Assembly (NCBI RefSeq): GCF_006345805.1
Contig: NC_043012.1
Location: forward strand, 21,018,001 to 21,082,000
Length of the DNA: 64,000 nucleotides
DNA from: Octopus sinensis
Taxonomy: Eukaryota
Reading direction: 5' to 3'
This document shows positions 51,832-64,000 of this stretch, in pieces. The notes under the pieces were generated by a model. It saw nothing but the letters and a program-made list of their open reading frames with translations, was not told where the DNA came from and did no database searches. The stretch's first letter is position 1. Every line of letters begins with the position of its first letter. Made by a program: the position numbers and the translations under genes.

Positions 51832-52386
51832 GCAATACCTCGAAACCGGTCCGTGTGTAGCATCCGTTTCTTCGGGGAGGCTGATCTCCCTTTACAGGCT
51901 AGCAAGGACACCGTGATGGTGTCGGCTCTCCTGGTGACGTCTATAGTCGCCTGGGGCTAAATGCATCAGTAACACCCCCACCACCCCACCCTGTCCCTAG
52001 CCACATTCAGATGGCTGGTCCCGCTTATATTACAGAGCAGTTACTGTTTATACCTCGCTTAGAGATTTATATTGTTATCGAACAGATTTCGACGCCAGTG
52101 ACTGTTTACAGTGAAAATCTATATATTTCTAGCCTGTAGAGGAAGTCCCTCAACGAAGAACGGTGTTTGCCATGCGCTGACGAGAGGCAATACCTCGAAA
52201 CCGGTCCGTGTGTAGCATCCGTTTCTTCGGGGAGGCTGATCTCCCTTTACAGGCTAGCAAGGACACCGTGATGGTGTCGGCTCTCCTGGTGACGTCTATA
52301 GTCGCCTGGGGCTAAATGCATCAGTAACACCCCCACCACCCCGCCCTGTCCCTACCACATTCAGATGGCTGGTCCCGCTTATATTA
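51832..52386 (+). mobile_element. Non-LTR retrozyme-like element: ~1.56 tandem copies of a 355-nt hammerhead-containing unit
   Basis: 51832-52032 repeats at 52187-52386 (one substitution and one 1-nt indel seen). Equivalent GUC sites at 51851 and 52206. GC-rich, no ORF, extensive self-complementarity. Confidence 0.8.
52171..52212 (+). ncRNA. Canonical minimal type I hammerhead ribozyme
   Basis: CAUGCG-CUGACGA-GAGG CAAUA CCUC-GAAAC CG GUC/CGUGUG: 6-bp stem I, G10.1-C11.1 stem II, palindromic stem III ACCGGU, GUC cleavage after 52206. Confidence 0.9.
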
Positions 52387-52439
<53 letters not shown>

Positions 52440-52441
<2 letters not shown>

Positions 52442-52682
52442 TTAGGGAGTAAATGTATATTAGGGAGTAAATGTAAATCCAAACTTACGGGGAAAAATTA
52501 TATTTAGGATTAAATCTAATTTCACAGTATAAATAAAATATTAAATTTAAATAATTTAAAATTAAAATTTTATATTTTATATATTTTGTATATTATATTA
52601 ATTATTTTTATTTCTATGTTTTGGTTTATGTTTTTCACTGCTTCTTTTGCCTAATAATGGTTTTTATCTCTAATTTAATTTA
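52440..52682. mobile_element. Foldback remnant of the 34925/35440 pLTR-like family (no hammerhead retained)
   Basis: ATTAGGGAGTAAAT...AATCCAAACTTACGGGGAAAAAT...GATTAAATC, with the inverted end GCCTAATAATGGTTTTTATCTCTAATTTAAT. Confidence 0.65.
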
Positions 52683-52814
52683 TATATATATATATGTATA
52701 TATGTGTGTGTGTATTTATATATATATATTTATGAGTGTATGTATGTATGCATATATATATATATGTACTCGCATATATATAAGAATACATACATACATA
52801 CATACAGTGAAAAC

Positions 52815-53165
52815 GTTAAGTAAATGTAAACATAACAGATCTGACGTAATGATTTGTGAAACAGCAGAAAAACTGTGTACAGTTGTGGAAATCAGCTGAC
52901 CAGCGGACGTTAACATAAAGTTAAAGATCGGCAAAAAAGAAAATACCTATGCTGAACTACTGAGAAATCTATAGTTACTCAACGCAAACTACAAGTTCAG
53001 GTCTAAACCTGTAATTATTGGGGCACTGAGACACGTAACACACTGCCTAGGAAAAAGTCTTGAGAAATTAGACTTCGCAAACCAGAAAGTAGACTGCCGA
53101 TTGGAAGAATACAAATCCAAGCCATCACTGGAATTGTAAAATAATCTGTGATTTTGTAATTTAAG
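52815..53165 (+). mobile_element. R4/Dong-like RLE endonuclease C-terminal fragment
   Basis: KCKHNRSDVMICETAEKLCTVVEIS*PADVNIKLKIGKKENTYAELLRNL*...PVIIGAL..V..CL...LEKLDF. Confidence 0.75.
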
Positions 53166-53189
53166 TATATATGCGCATGTCTAGACATG

Positions 53190-53692
53190 CATACACATAC
53201 GTACATAGATGCATACATACAGGTATACACACGTACATACATACACACATCCATCCATGCATCACATCCATCCATCCATACATACATACATAAATGCAAG
53301 CATACATACACACATGCATGCATACATACACACAGGTATAAATACATACACACTTACATACATGCATACATACATACATACATACATACACATACGTATA
53401 ATTGCATACATACGGATATATATACACATACATACATACATTGCATTCATAATACGTACATACATACATACATACACATATATACATACATACATGCATG
53501 CATACGCGTATGTACATACAGGCATACGTTCATACATACATTCATACATACATACATGCATGCATACATACATGTATGTATGGATGTATGCTGTGTGTAT
53601 GTACATACATACATGCATCCATACATACATACATACATACATACATACATACATACATACATACATACATACACAAATACATACATACACAC
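53190..53692. repeat. (CATA)n-rich compound microsatellite
   Basis: Direct inspection. Confidence 0.9.
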
Positions 53693-54794
53693 ATGCGAAT
53701 AATATAGTTGTTGTGTGCAGAATAGGTTACTGTACGTCATCGATTTCGTTTTTAGATCAAGGGTTATGTATGTTGATTGTAACAGAGTATTGTTACAGAA
53801 ATTTTTGATAAACATATACTTAATCTTTTTGTAAAAATATTATACAGGAATGAAACACAAGATCTTGATGGCTTACATTGATGAATTGTCCATCAAGTTT
53901 TATTCACTGCTTACAGCTTCTCAGCCAGACAATGTATATGTTAATTAAACACATCGTATATGCTTTCCACGTACGTAAGAACGTCGTGTCCGTACGTTTC
54001 TTATCATAAATATATTTTGGTATAAAGGAAATTGGATCAGCTGTTTTATTCTCTTCTCCATGCCGAGCCAGAGAAGCAATAAATCAGAAGACTACAAACA
54101 GCAGCTAAATCTCCCTAAAATAATCGAACTCTCCCGACTTAAGTACGAGAAGTACACTTTATATAATGCTATCTTGAGTAGCTTTATAAAGACAGAATGG
54201 ACATGGTTGGCTTGCCTTTGATCATATGTCTACTCGATTATACTAGATTTGGTGCTATACAATAACAACAACATCAGCTCGATAAATTCAATCATAACTT
54301 TTACAAAAAATCGAACGAATATATTTATTTTGGAAATATTTTAAGATACATAGAATGTGTTATTTCATCAAAAATACAACGACATGATATAATCAAATTT
54401 CGCTGTAGACATTTTTTTTTCTTTCCCATATATAACCGGAAAAGTTATATGGCGTGCAGATATTAAAACACTATGCGTTGTCGAACATAAGATAAATGAT
54501 TCTAAGCATAATATAAACATGGAATCTTCAATCATTACTAATATAGTTTATAAGGACGTGAAAAACAGAATATCCAACGCCAATAAAACATCGGTAAAAA
54601 CTTCAGCAATAATAATGTTTTCCATTTATATGTAAAAATAGAAATTATAAGATGGGAATACGAACAACAAAACCCGAACAAGAAAATTAACAACAAACAA
54701 CAATGAAATTAAGATTCCTGATATCGGATTAGTTGGGAGACAATGGTCCTCTAGTAGTTTCTCTCATACTTCTTTCAGACATATTTCAAGCATT

Positions 54795-55150
54795 TTTTAC
54801 TGGTTGAATCCCACTGCTTGGCACCTCGGGGTAAAGTCTTCATATTGTTCCTAGCCGGCCGATGACATATGAGTGAATTCGGTACACGGAAACTGTGTGA
54901 AAGCCCGACATGTGTGTGTGTGTGTCTGTGTGCGAGATAAAGTGAGTAAGAGAGAGTGTGTGAGCATGTGCGTGTGAGTGTGTGTGTGTTTGTGTATGTG
55001 TGTGTGCGCGAGAGAGAGAAAGAGAGAGAGTGAGAGAAAGAGACTAATAGAATAAGTGTCACATTAAATAATATATGCTTGACTTGATTTGTTCGATTGT
55101 GCTCCTAAAGGCGATGCTCCCGCATGGCCGCAATCAAATGACTAAAACAA
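54795..55150 (+). mobile_element. Composite SINE family B (decayed)
   Basis: GGTTGAATCCCACTGCTTGGCACCTCGGGG...GTGAATTCGGTACACGGAAACTG, then microsatellites, then tail CCCGCATGGCCGCAATCAAATGACTAAAAC. Confidence 0.65.
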
Positions 55151-55164
55151 ATAATCCTTCCTAT

Positions 55165-55352
55165 TATAGGCACAAGGCCCAAAATTTTGGGAGAGGGGGG
55201 CCAGTCGATTACATCAAACGCTGTATTCAGCTGGTACTTAATTTACCGACACCGAAATGATTTAAGGCAAAGTCGACCTCGGTGGAATTTGAACTCAGAA
55301 ATAGCGGTAAGCATTTCGCCCGGCGTGCTAACGTTTCTGCCAGCTCGCCGCC
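55165..55352 (-). mobile_element. SINE family A
   Basis: GGCACAAGGCCC...GTCGATTACATC...GGCAAAGTCGACCTCGGTGGAATTTGAACTC...CGGCGTGCTAACGTTTCTGCCAGCTCGCCGCC. Confidence 0.85.
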
Positions 55353-56779
55353 TTGCAATAAATAAAAGAATAAAAGAATAAATGTTACAAGGTTGTGCCC
55401 CAACATGGTCGTTGTCTAATGACTGAAACAAAAAAATTAAAAGATGTAAGACAAACACTTGCCTCTTGGCAATCCAGATATGACACAACCTTGGGACTAT
55501 TTTGAAGTTGTGCGGATTCTTGCTGCTTTTTATATCTATTGTGTCTCTACTCGAGAGTATGTCACCGATATCTAAGTCAGCATTTACCTCCTTCCCGAAT
55601 TGTATTACAAAAGTGACCAGCAACCAACATGGATGCGGTCATCGATGTATTGAATTTCGTGTTTCTTCATCTCATATATCCTGTGCGGTGAATTTATTGG
55701 CAATGGGTGTCTCTTACTATCTGGGTTTTGTCTTTTATCAATCACCTTTCTAATATATTACGTAATACTAATGAATGCACTATGAGTCATGAGTAGAAAC
55801 AATAAGTAGAAACTGTTTAAAGAACTCATTATTTCCTTATATATTCTTTAGGAAACTCTGCCTAAATTTATTTCCTTTTCTTTCTCTATAGTTTTGGCTT
55901 CTGATGCCCTGGAAACCGAACTTTGTCATTCTTTTCCCGTTGTTGCTCTCGGTTTTCATTATTTTCGTTTCCCTTCTTTTTTCTCTAACCTTCCCAGTTC
56001 TTTTGGACATTCAACTCTAATTCCTTGTTTACTCTGCTTCGTTACAAATTTTTAGGGCGGTGCCATTTGCGGTGGGGTCTCTTAGGATTCAACACTTGCT
56101 TTGAGAACGAGGTAACTTTTAAGATTATCCTCAACGCTTCACCCATCAGTGATCTAAACAGAACAGTTTCTGGAGTTTGCTTTTGTTGCTTCTACTTGCT
56201 ACGGTTCCTGCCTTTGCTTTTACCTACCGTTTTCTTCCTGTGCATGTCCACCACCTCTGAATTAAATCTGTCCAATGGATCTTTCTGCCGCACACATAAT
56301 AACAGGGATGTCTCTCATGCGTCACCAGTTTTTTTTTATTTCGTTTCTTCCTCGACCACGGGGTACAGCTCGCAAATGATTTTATAATCTTCGGAGGTCG
56401 TCAGTACTAAAATATCCATATTAAACTCAAGATGCCGCATATTATTTCCATCTTACCCTCACAATCCACAACTTCCCTATACATCATTGTAAAGACAAAT
56501 GTATCGATAGAGTCCCTACCAATACCCTTGGCTATGACCTTGTATGTCTTCTTCCCAGTCTTCGTATGTTTTTTTTAACCAATTTTGCTTCACAGCTAGT
56601 TTTTAAAAAATCACGAACATGCGTCCATCTACCGTACATAACATTGATCCCTACCTCGGCCAGTACTTCTAACTGTTTCTCTGCTGGCATTCACAATCCT
56701 CTCCATTGTTTATGAAAAGCAGAGATAAAATACTTTTCTCCATATCTTATACTTATTCCTCGAATAAGTGTTCTATTCT

Positions 56780-56985
56780 ACTCGAAGCACAGGGCCCAAA
56801 ATTTCTGAAGAGGGGGTGCTAGTTGATTACATCGACCACAGTGCGCCAGTAGTACTTAATTTATCGACCATGAAATGATGAAAGGCAAAGTCGACCTCGG
56901 CGGAATTTGAACTCAGAACATACAGACAGACGAAATAGCGCTAAGCATTTCGCCCGGCGTGCTAACCGCTCTGCCAGCTCGTCGT
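56780..56985 (-). mobile_element. SINE family A
   Basis: Same core and head as the 55165 copy. Confidence 0.85.
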
Positions 56986-57324
56986 CCTCCCTCGAATAAT
57001 TATTGTGCAAATAAATACTGATATGTAATTATTTTGTTTTGGCTTTTAACTATTTTTTCCTGGAACCGACCTATGTCAAGTGAGCTTACCTCCAGGTAAG
57101 GAGCTTGATAACTTTGCCCGTGGTTTTATAAAAGTGTCTTTGTTTCATTCATTTAAATCGTCAATGATGAAGCAGTACCTTAAAGGTATTCTAAAGTCCA
57201 ATACTTATTTGATTGATATACCTTGCCGAAAAGCTAATTTACAAGGACATAACACTGATTGTTAAGGGCTGGGGTTTGAGGGACAAACATGAAACACACA
57301 CACTCATACATTTATACATACTTA

Positions 57325-57445
57325 TGTGAGGATCTCCCACACAGTTTCCTCCAACCAAATTCACTCACAAGGTATTAGTCGACTTGCAAGGTGCCGCATA
57401 GTGAGACTGAACCCATAACCAAGTGAATGCAAAACGAGATTCTTA
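57325..57445 (-). mobile_element. SINE family B head (decayed)
   Basis: CAGTTTCCTCCAACCAAATTCACTCACAAGG...GACTGAACCCATAACC...CTTAACCACACAGC. Confidence 0.65.
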
Positions 57446-57521
57446 ACCACACAGCTATGGCTGCAGCCATTCTCTTTTTCTTTTTATTTGGAATGCTATA
57501 GTTTGTGGCGAGACTATGTAA

Positions 57522-57587
<66 letters not shown>

Positions 57588-57808
57588 AAATATGTAAATA
57601 TATGTATATATAATTTATAATTTTTATAATCTATGGCTTTATCATTTTACTCTACTTTTTATGCTTATTTTCGATTTGAATTCATCTGAACGCTCTGCAT
57701 CAGTTTGGTCGCTCACCTGTTGTGGAATCTTCCATTAAATATGGTTTGCTTTAGAATCGCCTCTCGCCCGGTGTTCTACTTAAACTTCTTGGTTTCATAG
57801 AATAATCA

Positions 57809-57852
57809 GCGCTTGAGGAACGTACTTCTCATGTACGTGAAACTAGTAGTAC
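57809..57852 (+). ncRNA. Decayed type I hammerhead
   Basis: GCGC-UUGAGGA-ACGUAC UUCUCAU GUACGU-GAAAC UA GUA/GUAC: perfect 6-bp stem II and palindromic stem III, but C3 is changed to U and stem I is weak. Confidence 0.5.
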
Positions 57853-57904
57853 CGCGTGTAATACATGTGGAGTGAAACGCATACATTAATGTGTATATAT
57901 ATAT

Positions 57905-58235
57905 AACGATTGCTGTCTGGAATGTATTTATAAGCCATTTAAAAAATACACAGAATCCGTGAGATTCACTTCAACATTTAAATGTAATTTGTGTGAAAAT
58001 ATTTTCGTCGTTTTCATACCGCGATCTCTTCACTAACAAAATTTCGTGTTGCATTTTATCAGTGAATAAGTCACGATTTGAAAGCGACGAAAATATTTTC
58101 ACACAAATTAAATTTAAATGTTGAAGTGAATCTAACGTGAATCTAAATGACTTATAAATACTTTCCACACTGCAATTGTTTCTGTTTCAGCACACGATCT
58201 CAGATCAAGTCACTTGCTATGCAAGTACATCTCCG

Positions 58236-58240
<5 letters not shown>
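57905..58240. mobile_element. Foldback copy of the 20086 family with two degenerate G3-type hammerhead-like motifs
   Basis: 57960-58035 and 58060-58135 are inverted. Each carries GTGAA(T/G)A..GTC/ATC..GAC-GAAA-ATATTTT. Confidence 0.6.
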
Positions 58241-58297
<57 letters not shown>

Positions 58298-58587
58298 AAT
58301 GCTACAGATACCCACCCCCGGTGATCCTCTAATCTAGAAGCTATGCTTATAAATACTTTTGAAAATTGTCTAAAGGTAAAGTTCTGAATGTTCTTAAATT
58401 ATAAGGTATTTCCCTCTTTAACAAAAACAAATACCAAATTCTTCTTACCTCTTCATGCAACGAGTGCACAGAAACATGACACCAAATAAAACGCTCCTTT
58501 TCAAAGGTAATCCGGTATTTTTCTGAAATTTACGAGATCGTAAACTACAAGTCTGTCGCTGGTAACTTGCATCCAATAATAACGGTA

Positions 58588-59043
58588 GTGATGATGATGA
58601 TGATGACGATGATGATGATGATGATGATGATGATGACGGAGGTAGTATTAATGATGGTGGTGCCAGTGGTGATTGTAGTGGTGGTGGTGGTGGTGGTGGC
58701 GGCGGTAGTTGTGGTGGAGGTGATGGTGGTGGTGGCGGTGGTGGTGGAGGTGGTTGTTGTGGTGGAGGTGGTGGTGGTGGCAGTGGTGGTAGTGGTGGTG
58801 GTGGTGGAGGTGAATGTGGTGGTGGTGATGGTAGTGGTGGCGGTGGTGGTGATGGTAGTGGTGGTGGTGGTGGTGATGGTGGTGGAGGTGGAGGTGGTGG
58901 TGGTGGTGGTGGTAGTAGCATTGATGACGACGGACATAGTAGAAATAACGACAAAAACAAGGAGAACCACAAGAAGAAGAAGAAGAGGAAAAGCAACAAT
59001 AATAATAGTAATACTACTACTCCTACTACTACTACTAATAATG

Positions 59044-59076
<33 letters not shown>

Positions 59077-59078
59077 GT
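58588..59078. repeat. (GAT)n/(GGT)n/(TAA)n trinucleotide tract
   Basis: Source of the poly-P, poly-T and poly-V ORFs. Confidence 0.9.
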
Positions 59079-59368
59079 GATGGCCACTACATTTACATGG
59101 AAAAGCAGGAAATTTGAATCTGATTAAGCTGTACTGCTGTCATCGTTGAAATGACTGGCTTTCACTGATGATAGGGTTTTAAATATATATCTTCAATCCA
59201 TCTCGGTGGTTTTGCTATTAAGAAAAAGTAATGGAAAATATTTATCATCTTTCTCTTGGCCTAGCTACCGTGAGACAGAAAACCGATGAGATTTGGTTAA
59301 TAATATGAATAATAGTTTTGTGGACAAACGGCAGATTGCATGTATGTGTAATCAAGGGAGAGAAATAT

Positions 59369-59410
<42 letters not shown>

Positions 59411-59596
59411 ATATGCGAGTGTCTCTCTGTACAACTGGCGTGTGTATACTTCGATTTATATGCACGCATGTGAGGACTTCTGTTTGTATGCATGCATATA
59501 TATATATGTGTGTGTGTATGTGGGTGTAGTTGTGTCTAAGATATATATATATATATATGCGAGAAAAGGTGAGTTCTATTTCATCCTTTACTTTGT

Positions 59597-59641
<45 letters not shown>

Positions 59642-59789
59642 TATACATATAGGTACACACAGACCTATACCAAATAAAACGCTCCTCTATGCCTATACGC
59701 ATGCACACACACACACGCACGTGTGTGTGTGTATTGATATGTCTAAGATATATATGGGTTGGTAGGTAGGTAGTTACTTACGTATGTAC

Positions 59790-59826
<37 letters not shown>

Positions 59827-59862
59827 ATATATACATATATGTATATATATATGTATATATAT

Positions 59863-59903
<41 letters not shown>

Positions 59904-60194
59904 AGAAAGTGAGAAAGATGAAAACGAAGCAGATATAGCAGTATAAGAAGACGAATAATATATATATATATATACATATATATACACATGCACACTCACA
60001 TATATATATATACATACATTACATATATACATACATAAATACATATGAGGAAAAATTGATATACATGTACATACATACATATGTATATTTGTGTAAAGAG
60101 GGATTTCTCAATCTTTGTATTCTGTATACACATATATGTATGTGTGTGAGTGTGTGTGTGTGTGTATGTATTTAAAGAGAGACATTGATATATA

Positions 60195-60247
<53 letters not shown>

Positions 60248-60722
60248 CATGAATGTTAAGAAGATTCCTGTGTAAATAACCATGTCAGTATAGTCTGTCT
60301 TGCGTGACTCTCAACATCGAAAACTAAAGTCATTTCTTACCGATATATAAAGGAACGGTGAAAACAACACGAAAATGAATATTGCTTTATCGTTCTTTCA
60401 GTTGACGTGTTTCTATGGTTGTGAGAAAAATCTATTGAAAGAGCCAATTTCCTGCTAACACCTGAAGTAGTACCAAAGTTTTTGGAAATTAAAGCTAATC
60501 ACTATTCTGCTCTCTTGTTTTCCTTTCTTCTTTTCATTTATTATTACAATTTTTTTTTTTATTTTTACGATATTTATTCACTTTCTTTCTTTCTTGGCTT
60601 TTTTCTTCGTTTTTCTTAAGCAGATATTTACTGTGTATATGTTGTTGTTGTTGTTGTTGTTTTTTTCGAAGACATATGTACAGAATGATACAACCCCTCT
60701 CTCTCTTTTTTTTACTCTTACC

Positions 60723-60760
<38 letters not shown>

Positions 60761-60979
60761 ATTTCTCTCTCTCACACACACACACATTCAAACAGTCGCT
60801 CTCGCTCTCTCCCACTGGTACATACAAGGAAGATTCATATTCACAATGAAATGCATGCGAAGACATACATACTGACAGTTTATATCAAGAAATAAACACA
60901 TTAAACAGGAAACAAAGTTCTCATATAGATGTAATGAGGTATGTGTGTGAATGTATATATATATATATTATATATATAT

Positions 60980-61013
<34 letters not shown>

Positions 61014-61448
61014 ATCTAGCACTATTTACATATATATATATACACATGTATTTATATATATAAATATATTTATATATATATATATTATATATATATATAT
61101 ATATACATATGTATATATATATATATATATATACACACACAATATATATATACCAGAGCGATTGAGTGAGAGAGTGAGAGAAGAAACAACATGCACACAT
61201 GCATATACATAACTTAGATGGATGGCAACACTTGCTGAAATTCATTTTCCAAATAAAAAAAAATAATAAAATAATAAAGTAAAGAATGGAAAAAGGGGGA
61301 AAAAAGGAATAAGAAAAATGGAGAAACAAATGCATTTTCATTGTCTCTTTTATGTTCTAAAATGTAATTTTATTTCAGAATTATGTACACTTCAGGCTCA
61401 TTTTGTTTTCCTTCTAACGTTATAAGACTCTGTGCGTGGGCGCATGCG

Positions 61449-61508
<60 letters not shown>

Positions 61509-62729
61509 TATATATATAATATATATATATGTATATATATATATATACATATGTATATTTCAATATATTCCTTGATAGTTTTGAACTATACAGTTTGAGA
61601 TTGAATGGCAGATTTCCATTTCAATTTACATCATTCACTTTTCTTTCCGTATTAAAAAATAAAAAAAGACAAAGGTATGAATATACGGGTTATGTTGACT
61701 TTAGAGCGACTTCATCTCATTCTGAATTAACAGCCCCTCATTACCACACATTTCTGTTTTTGCTAAGAAAGGAGATTTTCTAACATCATGTACAAGTCAG
61801 TGGATAGAAAAGTACGCCGTATCGAACGGAGAACCATCTCTCGCTATTGTTGGGGAATTTCGTGACAGTGAGCATGAATTGAGCTGGTGCCTGAGTAATA
61901 TCCGCTCCTCTTGTAATAGCCAAATGATATTTAAAGCCAGTACGTTGCTGCCCGTTTCTGCTACAGTAGTGTTGTATACAACGCTCAGTTGACTAAATGA
62001 CTACAATCCACTTTTCTACGCTTTTCGTCAAGGTTTGCGCCATCCACCACGACCAAACGAAAAAAAAACTACGTGGCTATGACTTTTTAGCTCTTAGCTA
62101 AGACCCTGTTGGTTATCATCCTACGGCGCTTGGCAACTGTCTACTATCCATATGTCAATCAGCAAGCCATAACTAAGACAATGATAATCCCAACCTACGA
62201 ACGCCAGGTGTCCTGCCACCGAGTGTTAACACAAGAGATGTAGGACCTACAATTTGTTTTTGGCGAAACAACGTACTAAGCAAAGTAAGAATTATGCACA
62301 CGGCTCTCTTCTTCCAGTTTACTGCTGGCTAACGATGGCAAAACGGAAGACTAGAAGGTGTCAAACACATAATTTGCCTTGCTTACAATAGATGCATCAG
62401 AGGAAAAGCTTTTGTCATAAATTTACATTCATTTTCTTAAAAGCATTGAAAAAATTACTGAAGAACTTAATGGGACTGTAGACCAACGAGCACACCGTGG
62501 TCGTTCGACTGCCAAAAGGTGTCACTAAAGATTTCCTTAAAATCAAATCCCAAATTCTAAGGTGCAGAAAGACATATCACATAGTGTGCTCCTACATGGA
62601 AACTCCTAAAAAGACGTGAATAATTTTGGATATAGCGCTGCTCTGGTGGAACTAATTTGGTGGTAAATAACAGCAACTGTATTTTCTTTATATTAGTTGG
62701 GAATTGTCTATATATCAATGTTATAAATA

Positions 62730-63370
62730 AATAACAAGGTAAAAGTTTTTCTTATTCATTCCTTTTGAAGATTGCCCTTAAATGTGGTTTTGGTCGTTTT
62801 GACTGCTTCTTCTAGCGTGTAAAAACTCCCTGTTGAAGGCAGTTTTATTTAGTGTTTCAATGTACACTATTTTACATTGAGAATATGTTGTCTATTGACT
62901 TTTTATACATGTTAGGCCACTGGTAGTAAAATTTCTAAAAACAACTCACTACCCTATATATATATATATACATATTTTACATATACGTTTTTAGCAATTT
63001 TTAAAAGATTAATTCGGTAGTTATTCATTTACTGCCGAATGAAACTGCGCTTGCGCGGTGAATATGAAAAATTATAATGTATAACGAAGGGACACGTGTT
63101 AATCGTCTCTTAATTATATGTTAGTGTTATGAGGCGGTCACTGATGAAAAATTCGCCTAGCAAATTATTTTATTTGCTAAAAAAATTTAGAAACCTCGGT
63201 CTAACCGGAATAACAAGGTAACAAGGTAAAAGTTTTTATTTTTCATTTCTTTTTGAAGATTGCTCTTAAATGTGGTTTTGGTCGTTTTGACTGCTTCTTC
63301 TACCGTGTAAAACTGCCTGTTGAAGGCGGTTTTCTCTTGTGTTTAATAGTACACTATTTCATATCAATAT
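62730..63370 (+). mobile_element. PLE-pLTR/retrozyme-like direct repeat (~487-nt period) with central hammerhead
   Basis: 62730-62880 and 63219-63370 are diverged direct repeats. The second starts just downstream of the HHR cleavage site. Confidence 0.65.
63135..63207 (+). ncRNA. Type I hammerhead ribozyme (intact core, long stem II)
   Basis: CGGUCA-CUGAUGA-[A AAAUU CGCC UAGCAAAU UAUUUU AUUUGCUA AAA AAUUU A]-GAAAC CUCG GUC/UAACCG. Stem I has one C.A mismatch; GUC cleavage after 63201. Confidence 0.72.
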
Positions 63371-63520
63371 TATAAGGTAGAGAAGATTGCACCATCGGAA
63401 CTATGACCTTCAGCTCATTAATAACCAATGTCTTAAAATAATCCAGACTTCCGAAAGACACTGCTTGCCGTTGTTTATAGTTTTGTTATTTTATTTTAAT
63501 GTTTTAATCATTACAGTGAA

Positions 63521-63715
63521 GGCGATGAGCTGGCGGATTCGTTAGCACGTCGGACAACATGCTTAGCGGCGTTTCTTCTGACTCTTAACGTTCTGAGTTC
63601 AAATTACGCTGAGGTGCTTTGCCTTTTATCCCTTCGCATGTGATAAAATAAAGTACCTGTCAAGTACAGGCGTCGATGTAATCGACTTGAACTCTCCCCT
63701 CAAAGCTTCTGGCCA
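63521..63715 (+). mobile_element. SINE family A
   Basis: GGCGATGAGCTGGCGGATTCGTTAGCACGTCGGAC...GTTCTGAGTTCAAATT...GATAAAATAAAGTACC...GGCGTCGAT. Confidence 0.8.
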
Positions 63716-64000
63716 TTAACCTTGCCACGGGTTGGTGTTCCATTGAAGAGAATTGATCTAATCTCCGTCATTTATAGGCCACGGAAATGGAAACCGGGTA
63801 ACCGCCTTTATGAGTCCTAGGGTTCGAAAACAAACAAAGTCATTAGGTTGCCACCATGCTGGGTATGAAGCGACTTAGTTGAGGATGTTGCCGCTATCAT
63901 TTTGTCGCGTAAAAGAAGGCATGATATAAACAATATATCCATCCCATGTGTAAAGGAACGTAACCAAATAGCGATCTACTACTAATCAACCACCGAACTA

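Noticed and set aside
55900-56700. Possible LINE ORF1/gag-like relic on the minus strand
   Set aside because: Only a faint HLRA.P similarity amid many stops; not enough to support a call.
58445-59127. Proline-rich 184-aa ORF as a formin or extensin-like exon
   Set aside because: Open in several frames on both strands because it is a (GGT)n/(GAT)n/(TAA)n tract; no flanking domain or splice context.
59164-59200. CTGATGA motif
   Set aside because: No stem II or downstream GAAA.

Overview
AT-rich, microsatellite-saturated animal genomic DNA. The SINE families and repeat landscape look like an octopod cephalopod (Octopus sp.; inference, not checked by search). No intact protein-coding gene is recognisable, and nearly all listed ORFs are translations of simple repeats. 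The window is a transposon graveyard: a non-autonomous Helitron, decayed Tc1 (DD36E), maT (DD37D) and Merlin transposases, RTE, R4/Dong-like and HERO-like non-LTR fragments, Penelope-like (PLE) pieces and about 20 tRNA-derived SINE copies. The main discovery is a dense set of minimal type I hammerhead ribozyme (HHR) motifs from several distinct repeat families. Six keep the CUGANGA and GAAA core and the N-U-H cleavage triplet, and several more are decayed. They include (i) a GC-rich, highly structured 355-nt tandem unit with a canonical GUC hammerhead that fits a non-LTR retrozyme (circular-RNA-forming retroelement) at 51.8-52.4 kb, (ii) three hammerheads within 660 bp at 35.1-35.8 kb, two of them in tandem on one strand, and (iii) a hammerhead fold with an apparently swapped G3-C8 core at 20.2 kb. 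All folds were derived by eye; none has been tested computationally or biochemically.
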